Of a DNA stretch of 64,000 nt, positions 1 through 9,503 are shown one piece after another. The notes below the pieces were generated by a model that was given only the letters and a program-made list of their open reading frames with translations, searched no databases and had not been told where the DNA came from. The DNA is from Arcobacteraceae bacterium (GTDB lineage: Bacteria > Campylobacterota > Campylobacteria > Campylobacterales > Arcobacteraceae): contig OY759974.1 in NCBI GenBank assembly GCA_963662945.1, forward strand, positions 1,440,001-1,504,000, in the 5' to 3' direction. Within the stretch, counting starts at the first letter, position 1, and every line of letters starts with the position of its first letter. The translations under genes were made by a program, and so were the position numbers.

Positions 1-2
1 AT

Positions 3-1163
3 AAAAAAGAAAATGTGATAGTTTCAATTGGAACAGTACAAGATATCACAAGATTTATCTCCTTACGAGATAGGCTTTCTATATTAGAACAAGCTGTTAA
101 TCAAGCACCAATTTCAATAGTAATAACAGATGAAAAAGCAAATATAGAATATGTAAATCCTACATTCACAAATGTGACAGGATATACACTTTTAGAGGTA
201 ATTGGGAAAAATCCTAGAATATTAAAATCAGAATATACCAATCAACTTGAATATCAACAATTGTGGGAAACAATAACTTTAGGAAAAAACTGGAGCGGAA
301 CATTTAAAAATATTAAAAAAAATGGGGAAGAGTTTTGGGAAATGGCACTCATCTCGCCTGTTTTTTCACTCAATACAGATAAAATAATCAAATATATAGC
401 AATAAAAGAAGAAATTACAAGTAAGTTGTATATGCAACAAAAGTTGAAGTATCAAGAAGAATTAATGATTTTCCAGTCAAGACATGCAGCAATGGGTGAG
501 ATGATAAGTATGATAGCCCATCAATGGAGACAGCCTACTACTGTTATTGGCTTGTGTGCTAATAATATTTTAACAGACGTAGTGTTAGATGAAATTGATT
601 TAGAATCTCTATCGAGAAACTCACAAGATATTATTAATCAAACAAAATACCTTTCTCAAACAATAGATGATTTTAGAAACTTTTTTAAACCAAACAAGCA
701 AAAGTCTATCGTTACAATACAAGAAGTGATAGATGAAGTGAAAAAGATGATGCAAGCAACATTGCATAACAATCAAATTGAACTTCAAGAACACTATAGT
801 TTCAATAAAAAGATAAAAACATATAAAAAAGAGTTAGTACAGGTAGTAATAAATTTAATTAAGAATGCTCAAGAGATATTAGGAGAGAAAAATAATAATC
901 AAAAAATAATATATATTAATGAAGATATTAAGAATAATAATGTTATCTTACAAATATGTGATAATGCAGGAGGCATCGAACAAGAGAATATTCATAGAAT
1001 ATTTGAGCCTTATTTTACTACAAAAGATGAAAAAAATGGTACGGGACTTGGACTTTATATTTCAAAAGTAATAGTTGAAAAACATTTAAAAGGGACTATA
1101 AAAGCTTTTAATAAAGATCAAGGTGCATGCTTTGAGATAACTTTAAATTTTGAAGAGGGATAG
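3..1163 (+). CDS. PAS-domain sensor histidine kinase (5' end outside window)
   Basis: PAS/PAC (YVNPTFTNVTGY...GKNPRILKS...KKNGEEFW), H-box IAHQWRQP, N-box NLIKNA, DNAGGI, FEPYFTTK, GTGLGL. Frame is open to the window edge. Confidence 0.93.
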   Translation, partial: KKENVIVSIGTVQDITRFISLRDRLSILEQAVNQAPISIVITDEKANIEYVNPTFTNVTGYTLLEVIGKNPRILKSEYTNQLEYQQLWETITLGKNWSGTFKNIKKNGEEFWEMALISPVFSLNTDKIIKYIAIKEEITSKLYMQQKLKYQEELMIFQSRHAAMGEMISMIAHQWRQPTTVIGLCANNILTDVVLDEIDLESLSRNSQDIINQTKYLSQTIDDFRNFFKPNKQKSIVTIQEVIDEVKKMMQATLHNNQIELQEHYSFNKKIKTYKKELVQVVINLIKNAQEILGEKNNNQKIIYINEDIKNNNVILQICDNAGGIEQENIHRIFEPYFTTKDEKNGTGLGLYISKVIVEKHLKGTIKAFNKDQGACFEITLNFEEG

Positions 1164-2292
1164 TTTGGAAAATATTATTTCATTAAAAAAGCTTGGATGT
1201 GACTACTCTGTATTAGTTGTAGAAGATTGCAAGCAAGTTAATACAAAACTTATGGAATATCTAAGTAAATTTTTCTTTGCAATTGATAGTGCACAAAATG
1301 GTCATGAAGGACTAATTAAATTCAATAATAAAAGATACGATATTATCATTACTGATATTAATATGCCTAAAATGGATGGCACTAATTTCGTACAAAAACT
1401 TATAGAAATTGATCCAAATGTTCAAGTTATTGTTACATCTGCTTATGGAAATCATGAAAATCTTCGTACGTTTAATAAATTGGGTATTGTAGAATTTATA
1501 CAAAAACCAATAGATAATTTAAAACTTGTAGATGCTCTTTTAGTGTGTATTGAAAATATTCAAACAATTCTCCAAAATTCTAATATAACATACAATTTAG
1601 ATAATACAATATATGAAACTCTTTTGGCATTAAAAGATACTAAAAAAACAATTGAACTTATTAATTCCTATCAAGGAGTAACCATAATTCAAGAGGGATA
1701 CATAAAAGATCTTAATACAAAAACAATTACGATAGAGACAACAAATACTCAGTATCATTTAATTAAAGGGGAAAAAAGAACTATTATCGTAATTGATGAT
1801 ATGGCCGTAAGAGCAAATTTACAATATATTGACAAAGAAAAACAACAATTAGTTTTAAAGAAATTTGAAACTCTCAGTAGAACACCAAAAGATAGAAAAG
1901 TTACACGGGTTATGCCAGGTAAGGATTTTACCCTTACCAGATATTATAAAAGTGAAACTTTTAGTTATGAGGTACTTTCATTATCAATTAACTCAATTTC
2001 AGTAAAGACTTCATCTCTTGATAAAAGTTTTAGTGATAATGCTCATACAGATTTAGTTTTAAGTTTTCAAGTTGGCTATTCAAAACGCTATAAAGCTTCT
2101 CATACTGAAAAGTTATTAAAGCCTGTGAAAATACGATCAAAATCTTTAGTATACAAAATAGATAAACGTGCAGATGGCAGTGTAAAGATAGTTTTTGTAC
2201 TTGATTTAGCTGGTGAGGGGAAAAAACTGCTTGAACAGTATATTATTCAAAGAGAGTTTGATATTTTAAATAATTTACACCGTATGTCATAG
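1150..2292 (+). CDS. Response regulator, N-terminal receiver plus probable PilZ-like C-terminal domain
   Basis: VVED, ITDINMPKMDG phospho-Asp, SA, KP motifs. RKVTR (RxxxR) motif in the C-terminal part. Overlaps the kinase stop codon. Confidence 0.8.
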   Translation: MKRDSLENIISLKKLGCDYSVLVVEDCKQVNTKLMEYLSKFFFAIDSAQNGHEGLIKFNNKRYDIIITDINMPKMDGTNFVQKLIEIDPNVQVIVTSAYGNHENLRTFNKLGIVEFIQKPIDNLKLVDALLVCIENIQTILQNSNITYNLDNTIYETLLALKDTKKTIELINSYQGVTIIQEGYIKDLNTKTITIETTNTQYHLIKGEKRTIIVIDDMAVRANLQYIDKEKQQLVLKKFETLSRTPKDRKVTRVMPGKDFTLTRYYKSETFSYEVLSLSINSISVKTSSLDKSFSDNAHTDLVLSFQVGYSKRYKASHTEKLLKPVKIRSKSLVYKIDKRADGSVKIVFVLDLAGEGKKLLEQYIIQREFDILNNLHRMS

Positions 2293-2307
2293 TACAAATT
2301 AATTTTA

Positions 2308-3162
2308 TCAAATACTATCAATTATAATTAATATAAAAAATACAATCCCTAAATAACCATTTATAGTAAAGAAAGCTTTATCAATTTTTGTAAAATCTTT
2401 ATGCACTATAATGTGTTCCGTTGTTAACATAGCAACACTAACAAGAATTGCAAAATAACCAAATAGTCCAAGATTAGCTTCAACAACAAATAACAACCAA
2501 AAAACTACAGTAAGAAGATGCATTATTTTAGAAAATAACATTGTATTTTTTGCACCAAATTTTGATGGAATAGAATGTAATCCTAATTCTTTATCTACTT
2601 CAATATCTTGTAAAGAGTAAAGTAAATCAAATCCAGCTACCCAAAATAATACACCAATAGAAAGATAAATAGACCATAATGGTATAGTCTCACTTACTGC
2701 AACAACACCAGCTATAGGTGCAAGACCTAAAGAAATACCAAGAATGATATGTGCCAAAAATGAGAATCTTTTAAAATATGAGTAGCTTCCAATAATAAGT
2801 AAAATAGGTACTGATAAATAGAGTGCTAAATCATTTACAAAAAATGCAACTATTATAAAACCTAAAGCATTTAAAAGTGTAAAAATAAGTATTTGACTTG
2901 GTGCGATTCTTCCATCAACACTTGGTCTGTTTAGAGTTCTTGGATTTAATGCATCAATATCTCTATCTAAATATCTGTTAAAACCCATTGCAAAATTTCT
3001 AGCTGTAAGTGCTGCTAGTACACCTAATACTAACAGTTTCCATCCAAACCAACCCTCAGCAGCAACAATCATCGCTATAAATATAAAAGGCAATGAAAAA
3101 ATAGAATGTTGAAACATTACTAATTCATTGAAGTCTTTAATTTTTTTAAGTATTTTTTCCAT
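2308..3162 (-). CDS. mqnP: UbiA-family prenyltransferase of futalosine-pathway menaquinone synthesis
   Basis: NRYLDRDIDALNPRTLNRP and YSLQDIEVD Asp-rich motifs, multiple TM helices. Confidence 0.88.
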   Translation of the reverse strand: MEKILKKIKDFNELVMFQHSIFSLPFIFIAMIVAAEGWFGWKLLVLGVLAALTARNFAMGFNRYLDRDIDALNPRTLNRPSVDGRIAPSQILIFTLLNALGFIIVAFFVNDLALYLSVPILLIIGSYSYFKRFSFLAHIILGISLGLAPIAGVVAVSETIPLWSIYLSIGVLFWVAGFDLLYSLQDIEVDKELGLHSIPSKFGAKNTMLFSKIMHLLTVVFWLLFVVEANLGLFGYFAILVSVAMLTTEHIIVHKDFTKIDKAFFTINGYLGIVFFILIIIDSI

Positions 3163-3210
3163 AAGGGGGATTTTACTATAATGTTAATTATAGTTACCAA
3201 AAGGACGAAC

Positions 3211-4104
3211 TTGTATAAAGAAGTAGCCATCATAGCACCAACAGCATCAGGGAAAACTGCACTATCAATTCAATTAGCACATAAGACTAATTCGATTATT
3301 CTTTCACTTGATAGTTTATCTGTATATAAAGAGATAGATATAGCTTCTGCAAAACCAACGAAAGAAGAACGAGATGGTATAGTACACTTTGGTATTGACA
3401 AAGTATATCCCAATGAAAAATTTGATGTGGTGGAATTCATAGAGGAATATCAACAAGCAAAAAAGTATGCACAAAATGAGGGCAAAAATCTTATCATCGT
3501 TGGTGGTACAAGTTTTTATTTAAAGTCATTATGTGAAGGACTTTCAAAAGTTCCTACAATTTCAGAACAAACAAAAGAGATAGTCAAAGAAGAACTTAAT
3601 AATATAACTAAAAGTTATGAGTATTTAGTAAGTATTGATAAGAATTATATGAGTAAAATTGATAGAAATGATAAGTATAGAATAGAAAAAGCTCTAGAAA
3701 TTTATCATGAAACGAAATTAACTCCTAGTGATTTTTTTGAACAAAATAAACCAGAACCAATCATAAAAGATTTACAAATTTTTCAAATAGAAACTGAAGT
3801 TGAACTTTTAAGAAAAAGAATTTCTCAAAGAACGAAACAAATGATAGAAAATGGAATTATTGATGAGGTAATTTATTTAGAAAAAAAATATACTAGAAGT
3901 CCAAATTGTATGAAATCTATTGGAATTCTAGAAGTATTAGATTATCTTGATGGAAAGATTGATAAAGCAAAACTTGAAGAGGTTATTTCAATACATACAG
4001 CACAACTTGCAAAACGCCAAAGAACTTTTAATAAATCACAATTTCATAATATTACAAAAGAAAATCTAGAAAATTTAGAACAACATATCCTCAACATATT
4101 TTAG
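3211..4104 (+). CDS. miaA: tRNA dimethylallyltransferase
   Basis: PTASGKT, DSLSVYK, VGGTSFY, AKRQRTF. Start moved to TTG 3211 after AAGGA SD. Confidence 0.93.
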   Translation: MYKEVAIIAPTASGKTALSIQLAHKTNSIILSLDSLSVYKEIDIASAKPTKEERDGIVHFGIDKVYPNEKFDVVEFIEEYQQAKKYAQNEGKNLIIVGGTSFYLKSLCEGLSKVPTISEQTKEIVKEELNNITKSYEYLVSIDKNYMSKIDRNDKYRIEKALEIYHETKLTPSDFFEQNKPEPIIKDLQIFQIETEVELLRKRISQRTKQMIENGIIDEVIYLEKKYTRSPNCMKSIGILEVLDYLDGKIDKAKLEEVISIHTAQLAKRQRTFNKSQFHNITKENLENLEQHILNIF

Positions 4105-4269
4105 TTAATAATCTTTATAAATTAAATTGTTCCTTTTTGTTACAGTGGCATAGCTATTTTAATGTATAGATAAAGAGATTGTAAGTTTATATTTAATTAT
4201 AATTGGATATTATTTGTTCAATTACTGTCGGCAAATTATATACAAAGCTATGACACACAAGGGGAAAAA

Positions 4270-4659
4270 ATGGAACATATGGATTTTGCACATCCTTATT
4301 TCGGTGCATTTATAATGTTTGTATTAACATTTGGTGCATTTTTAGCGACAACAATGTTGTCACGATTTGTAGGTGGAAAACTTGCAAGAAAAGATACTGA
4401 AAAATTAAAATGTACACTGTATGAGTGTGGACCTGAGGTTACAAAACAGCCAAATACTATCTCTGTACAATTTTATTTAATGGCGTTATTGTTTATACTT
4501 TTTGATGTGGAGATAATCTTTATGTTTCCATGGGCTGTAGATTTTAAAGTATTAGGTTGGTTTGGATTTATTGAGATGATTCTTTTTATTGTTTTATTAA
4601 CAATTGGATTTATCTACGCATGGAAAAAAGGAGCGCTTGAATGGCACAGCATAAAGTAA
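4270..4659 (+). CDS. nuoA: NADH-quinone oxidoreductase subunit A
   Basis: [27 protein letters not shown]. Confidence 0.97.
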   Translation: MEHMDFAHPYFGAFIMFVLTFGAFLATTMLSRFVGGKLARKDTEKLKCTLYECGPEVTKQPNTISVQFYLMALLFILFDVEIIFMFPWAVDFKVLGWFGFIEMILFIVLLTIGFIYAWKKGALEWHSIK

Positions 4660-5150
4660 ATTATTTAAAAGATGGTGGAGCACCAATTAAATTAACTACA
4701 GTAGATAAAATAGTTAATTTTGGACGAAGTAATTCACTTTGGCCTATGACTTATGGTCTTGCATGTTGTGCTATTGAGATGATGGCATCTGGTGGTTCAA
4801 GATTTGACTTCGATAGATTTGGTACTATATTTAGAGCAAGTCCAAGACAATCAGATGTTATTGTTGTTGCTGGAACATTGACTAAAAAACACGCTGAGTT
4901 TATGAGAAGATTGTATGACCAAATGCCAGATCCAAAATGGGTTATCTCTATGGGTTCGTGTGCAAATACGGGTGGTATGTTTAATACTTATGCAACAGTA
5001 CAAGGTGTTGATAGAGTTATTCCTGTTGATATTTATTTACCAGGTTGTGCCCCAAGACCTGAAACTTTACAGTTTGCATTAATGATGTTACAACAAAAAA
5101 TAAGAAGAGAGCCTGCAGGTATGGCTCAAAGAGCAAAAAGGTTAATATAA
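4641..5150 (+). CDS. nuoB: NADH-quinone oxidoreductase subunit B
   Basis: [32 protein letters not shown]. Confidence 0.98.
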   Translation: MAQHKVNYLKDGGAPIKLTTVDKIVNFGRSNSLWPMTYGLACCAIEMMASGGSRFDFDRFGTIFRASPRQSDVIVVAGTLTKKHAEFMRRLYDQMPDPKWVISMGSCANTGGMFNTYATVQGVDRVIPVDIYLPGCAPRPETLQFALMMLQQKIRREPAGMAQRAKRLI

Positions 5151-5151
5151 T

Positions 5152-5973
5152 ATGAGAACATATACACCAAAAGATGATGTACAGAGAAAATCTTATTATA
5201 ATGATAGATTTTATATCACACCTACATTAAAAAAAGAATCAGTTTATAGTGATGGAGTTTTTAGTTCAGATATCTCTAGTTTAAAAAATGTTGTAGAAGT
5301 ATTAGATTGTTATATTCAAGCTGATCATTTAGTGATTATTATTAATCCAGAAGATAATAAAAAAGCTATTACTCATTTAAAAGAGATTCGAGCTTATGAC
5401 TTTATGATGGAGTTAACTGCTGTTGATTATATAGCCGACAGAGGTGGTTTTGAAGTGGTTTATGAGATGTTATCAACTTCAAAACACAAAAGAATTAGAG
5501 TAAAAGCTTTTATAAAACAAGGTGATGCTATCGAGTCAGTTGAGTCTATTTTTAGAATGGCAAACTGGAGTGAACGAGAGATGTATGATATGTATGGTAT
5601 CTATGTAAATAATCACTCTTTATTAAAAAGAATTCTTATGCCTGATGATTGGGTTGGACATCCATTATTAAAAACATATCCATTACAAGGTGATGAAGCA
5701 GCTAGCTGGTATGAAGTAGATAAAATATTTGGTAAACAAGCTAGAGATATTGTTGGACCAGAATTAAGAGATGCTGCTTGTGTTGATAGATATGATACAC
5801 AAAGATTTGCTAGACTTGGACATGAAGTTCCAAAAGGTGTAGAGATAAGTGAAGGTAATGAACCAGATACACCAATTAGATATCAAGAAGAGGGTGGAGT
5901 TAAACTATTTGGGTTAACAGTTGTAACACCATTTGATAAAAAAGAAAAAATACAATTGAAAGAGAGAAAGTAG
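5152..5973 (+). CDS. nuoC: NADH-quinone oxidoreductase subunit C
   Basis: ANWSEREMYDMYGI, RILMPDDWVGHPLLKTYP. Confidence 0.96.
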   Translation: MRTYTPKDDVQRKSYYNDRFYITPTLKKESVYSDGVFSSDISSLKNVVEVLDCYIQADHLVIIINPEDNKKAITHLKEIRAYDFMMELTAVDYIADRGGFEVVYEMLSTSKHKRIRVKAFIKQGDAIESVESIFRMANWSEREMYDMYGIYVNNHSLLKRILMPDDWVGHPLLKTYPLQGDEAASWYEVDKIFGKQARDIVGPELRDAACVDRYDTQRFARLGHEVPKGVEISEGNEPDTPIRYQEEGGVKLFGLTVVTPFDKKEKIQLKERK

Positions 5974-7200
5974 ATGCAAGTTTCAAACAGATTAAAACCT
6001 TTCTTTGAAAATATAACTTTCGAAAGAGAAGATAATACAATGGTTGTGAACTTTGGTCCACAACATCCTTCTGCACACGGTCAACTTAGACTTATGTTAG
6101 AACTTCAAGGGGAAGAAGTAGTTAAAGCACATCCAGATGTTGGATACCTACACAGAGGTATTGAAAAAATGGCTGAAAATATGATTTATAATGAATTTTT
6201 ACCTACAACAGATAGAATGGACTATATCGCTTCAACTTCAAATAACTATGGATATGCTTTAGCGATTGAAAAATTAATAGGTGTAGAAGTACCAAGACGT
6301 GCTGAAGTCATTCGAACTATGTTGTTAGAGTTAAATAGAATTATTTCACATCTATTCTGGCTTGCAACACATGCACTAGATGTTGGTGCTATGTCAATTT
6401 TCCTTTATGCATTTAGAGAAAGAGAATTTGCAATGGATTTAATGGAAGATTACTGTGGGGCAAGACTTACACACAGCGCAGTAAGAATTGGTGGAGTTCC
6501 ATTAGATTTACCTAAAGGTTGGATTGCAAGTTTAGAAAAATATATGGAAATTTTAAGTTCACAAATTCCTATTTATGAAGGATTGTTAACAGAAAACAGA
6601 ATCTGGAAAATGAGACTTGAAAATGTAGGAATTATCCCAGTTGAGATGGCAAAATCTTGGGGAGTAACAGGTATTGCATTAAGAGGAAGTGGTGTTAAAT
6701 GGGATTTACGAAAAGAGATGCCTTATGGTTTATATCCTGAGTTAGATTTTGATATACCAATTTCAGATAAATGTGACTCTTATGGAAGATATAAGTGTTA
6801 TATGGCTGAGATGTATGAATCTATGAAAATATTAAAACAACTTATTCCAATGTATGAAGAATCTGATTCTCAACTTATGGCACATGCTCCACAATATATC
6901 TCATCTTCAAAAGAAGAGATGATGACTCAAAACTATTCATTGATGCAACATTTCGTTCTTGTAACTCAAGGTATGAGACCACCTGTTGGAGAAGTTTATG
7001 TGGCTACTGAATCACCAAAGGGTGAATTAGGTTTCTATGTTGTATCTGATGGAAGTCCTTATCCATATAAATTAAAATGTAGAGCGCCAAGTTTCTGGCA
7101 TACAGGTATTTTACAAGATCTTCTTCCTGGGCACCAATTAGCCGATGTTGTTACAATTATTGGTAACTTAAATATTGTATTTGGGGAGATTGATAGATAA
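5974..7200 (+). CDS. nuoD: NADH-quinone oxidoreductase subunit D
   Basis: [25 protein letters not shown]-terminal VFGEIDR. Confidence 0.98.
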   Translation: MQVSNRLKPFFENITFEREDNTMVVNFGPQHPSAHGQLRLMLELQGEEVVKAHPDVGYLHRGIEKMAENMIYNEFLPTTDRMDYIASTSNNYGYALAIEKLIGVEVPRRAEVIRTMLLELNRIISHLFWLATHALDVGAMSIFLYAFREREFAMDLMEDYCGARLTHSAVRIGGVPLDLPKGWIASLEKYMEILSSQIPIYEGLLTENRIWKMRLENVGIIPVEMAKSWGVTGIALRGSGVKWDLRKEMPYGLYPELDFDIPISDKCDSYGRYKCYMAEMYESMKILKQLIPMYEESDSQLMAHAPQYISSSKEEMMTQNYSLMQHFVLVTQGMRPPVGEVYVATESPKGELGFYVVSDGSPYPYKLKCRAPSFWHTGILQDLLPGHQLADVVTIIGNLNIVFGEIDR

Positions 7201-7463
7201 TGAAACGGTATGATTTAAGAAACCACAAAGAAAACTTTATCCCTAGAATGGTAGAGTTAATGAACAATGAAATAGCTGATGGAGAAAATGGTATATTTTT
7301 ATTTGAAATAGGAGATTTTTCTTCTGTTCAAGCTTCAGCTGATTGTGTTAAAGAAAATAACTGGACACTTATGAATTCGTTAAAATTCAATGAAGTAGAT
7401 TGGACAGTTGTAATAAAAAAAGAAAAACCACCAGTTGTAGAAACTGAAGAGGGTGAAGAGTAG
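7200..7463 (+). CDS. Small Campylobacterota complex I subunit in the NuoE position (NuoX-like, no Fe-S motif)
   Basis: MKRYDLR...LFEIGDFS...LMNSLKFNEVDW pattern recalled from epsilon NuoE-family small proteins. Lies directly after nuoD. Only one Cys. Confidence 0.78.
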   Translation: MKRYDLRNHKENFIPRMVELMNNEIADGENGIFLFEIGDFSSVQASADCVKENNWTLMNSLKFNEVDWTVVIKKEKPPVVETEEGEE

Positions 7464-7476
7464 CAATCTACTCTTT
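7455..7476 (+). other. Intra-operon stem-loop
   Basis: gAAGAGTAG-caat-CTACTCTTt overlapping the stop of the 87-aa gene. Confidence 0.5.
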
Positions 7477-7490
7477 AAAGGATTGAAATT

Positions 7491-9503
7491 TTGAGTAAAG
7501 TATATTTTTCTAATTGGCAAGGATTAGTTGTAGATAATCGAGGAGTTCCGCAAGATGAGTGGGCTGAAGTATCTACAAAGTTACCTGTTAATTATGATGG
7601 GAACTCTGAGACTAAAGCTTTTGTTGGATGGGATGGTTTTGCAATATTTCAAAGTGATGTAGATGTTGTAAAACTTGCATTAAATTATGCAAGACAATAC
7701 CAAGAATATAGTGAAGCATGTGGTCGATGTACTCCAGGAAGATGGGGCGGACAAATTCTTTACGATATGATTGATAAAATAGCTCGTGGTGAAGGTGAAT
7801 TTAGTGATTTAGAACATATTAAAGAGATAAGTTCAACTATGACTACAACTTCAAAATGTGAAATAGGGAAAACAGTTCCTGTACCAATTTTAGGTATGAT
7901 AGAATATTTTGAAGAGCAATTTGTTCAGTTAATTAAAGAGAAGAAAAAATCACCTTGGTATGAACAAAATACTGAGAGATATATTGCAAATGTAACTGCA
8001 CCTTGTACTGATATGTGTCCTAGTCATGTTGATATCCCAGGATATATTGAGGGTGTAAGAGAATTGGATTTTGAAAATTCTTTAAAAGCGACAAGACAGA
8101 CAATGCCTTTAGCACATACGTGTGGAAGAGTTTGTCCACATCCTTGTGAAGATGCTTGTAGACGAGGAAATTTAGATGAACCAATTTCTATTATGGAATT
8201 AAAAAGAATTGGTGCAGATTACGAAACAGATCATAACCAAGATTGGTTTCATCCAATTAAACCTAAAAAACCAAGAAATGATGGCAAAAAAGTTGCTATT
8301 ATTGGAGCTGGACCTGCTGGGTTAACAGCTGCATATTATCTTGGACTAGAAGGAATTGCAGTAACTATTTTTGAAGAATTGCCAGTTCTTGGTGGAGAGG
8401 TTGCGGTTGGAGTTCCTGAATATAGAATGCCAATTGATAAATATAATAAAGATATTCAACTTGTTGCAGATTTACCAACAGTAGAGATTATAACAAACCA
8501 TAGAGTAACAGCAGATAGACTTAAAGAGATTGATTCTGAATATGATGCAACTATGTTAGGTTTTGGTGCGAGACTTTCAAAAGCTATAAGATGTGAAAAT
8601 GAACGAGAAGATATGGATGGATATTGGGGTGCAATATCTATGCTTGATAAGGTTAATTTATGGCATAAATATGGTATTGGAAGTCCAGCAAGTAATGAAT
8701 TAAAAGATAAAACTGTAGTTTGTGTTGGTGGTGGATTTACCTCTATGGACGTTGTAAGATGTAGTATTCGAGAGGGTGCTAAAAAAGTTATTATGCTCTA
8801 TAGACGAGATGAAAAAACAATTATTCGAAATACAACACTTGAAGAATACACTGAAGCAGTCGAAGAAGGTGTAGAGTTTATTTTTCATAGTGCAATTGAA
8901 AAATTAATTGAAAAAGATAATAAACTTACAGGAATGGTTGTAAATCAATATGAATTAGTACCAGCATCTGATGGAGGAAGACCTGAGTTAGTAAAAATAG
9001 AAGGTGCTGATATGGAAATAGAGTGTGACTTTGTTATACCTGCAGTTTCTCAAGCTTGTGATCTTCAAATTTTACCAAAAGAGTGGGAGTTAGAGATGAC
9101 TTCTTGGGGCACATTACAAACAAATGGAAAAGATTTTATGACAAGTAGACCAGGTCTTTTTGCAGCAGGAGATTGTGAATATGGTCCAATGACTATAGTA
9201 AATGCAGTTGGACAGGCAAAAAGAGCAGCTTCTGTAATTAGTCGATATATTTATGATGGAAAAGTATCACTTTTAGACGAAGAGATAATGGAAGATCATA
9301 TGAATAAACTCAAAGTTTATAATAAAAATGAAAAAATTACTGGTTGGATGCCAGGTATTCCTCGAGAAGTGAGTGAAAAATTAGAAACAGAAGTAAGAAA
9401 AAACAATAATAAAGAAGTAAATTTAGGATTTACCGCACAAGAAGCACAAGCTGAAGCAGAGCGATGTATGCGATGTTATTATTTAGGGATGGTGTCAGTA
9501 TGA
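7491..9503 (+). CDS. SfrB/GltD-like FAD- and Fe-S-containing NAD(P)H oxidoreductase
   Basis: NuoF-type 4Fe-4S motif (ACGRCTPG...SKCEIG), GltD clusters (PCTDMCP, CGRVCPHPCEDAC), FAD GAGPAG, GGGFTSMD and YRR, FAAGD, terminal EAERCMRC. Confidence 0.9.
   Translation: MSKVYFSNWQGLVVDNRGVPQDEWAEVSTKLPVNYDGNSETKAFVGWDGFAIFQSDVDVVKLALNYARQYQEYSEACGRCTPGRWGGQILYDMIDKIARGEGEFSDLEHIKEISSTMTTTSKCEIGKTVPVPILGMIEYFEEQFVQLIKEKKKSPWYEQNTERYIANVTAPCTDMCPSHVDIPGYIEGVRELDFENSLKATRQTMPLAHTCGRVCPHPCEDACRRGNLDEPISIMELKRIGADYETDHNQDWFHPIKPKKPRNDGKKVAIIGAGPAGLTAAYYLGLEGIAVTIFEELPVLGGEVAVGVPEYRMPIDKYNKDIQLVADLPTVEIITNHRVTADRLKEIDSEYDATMLGFGARLSKAIRCENEREDMDGYWGAISMLDKVNLWHKYGIGSPASNELKDKTVVCVGGGFTSMDVVRCSIREGAKKVIMLYRRDEKTIIRNTTLEEYTEAVEEGVEFIFHSAIEKLIEKDNKLTGMVVNQYELVPASDGGRPELVKIEGADMEIECDFVIPAVSQACDLQILPKEWELEMTSWGTLQTNGKDFMTSRPGLFAAGDCEYGPMTIVNAVGQAKRAASVISRYIYDGKVSLLDEEIMEDHMNKLKVYNKNEKITGWMPGIPREVSEKLETEVRKNNNKEVNLGFTAQEAQAEAERCMRCYYLGMVSV

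Noticed and set aside
7491-9503. Calling this gene glutamate synthase small subunit (gltD) or nuoF
   Set aside because: No gltB is adjacent, it has an extra N-terminal Fe-S domain, and it lacks the NuoF FMN/NADH motifs (GRGGAGF, NADEGEP).
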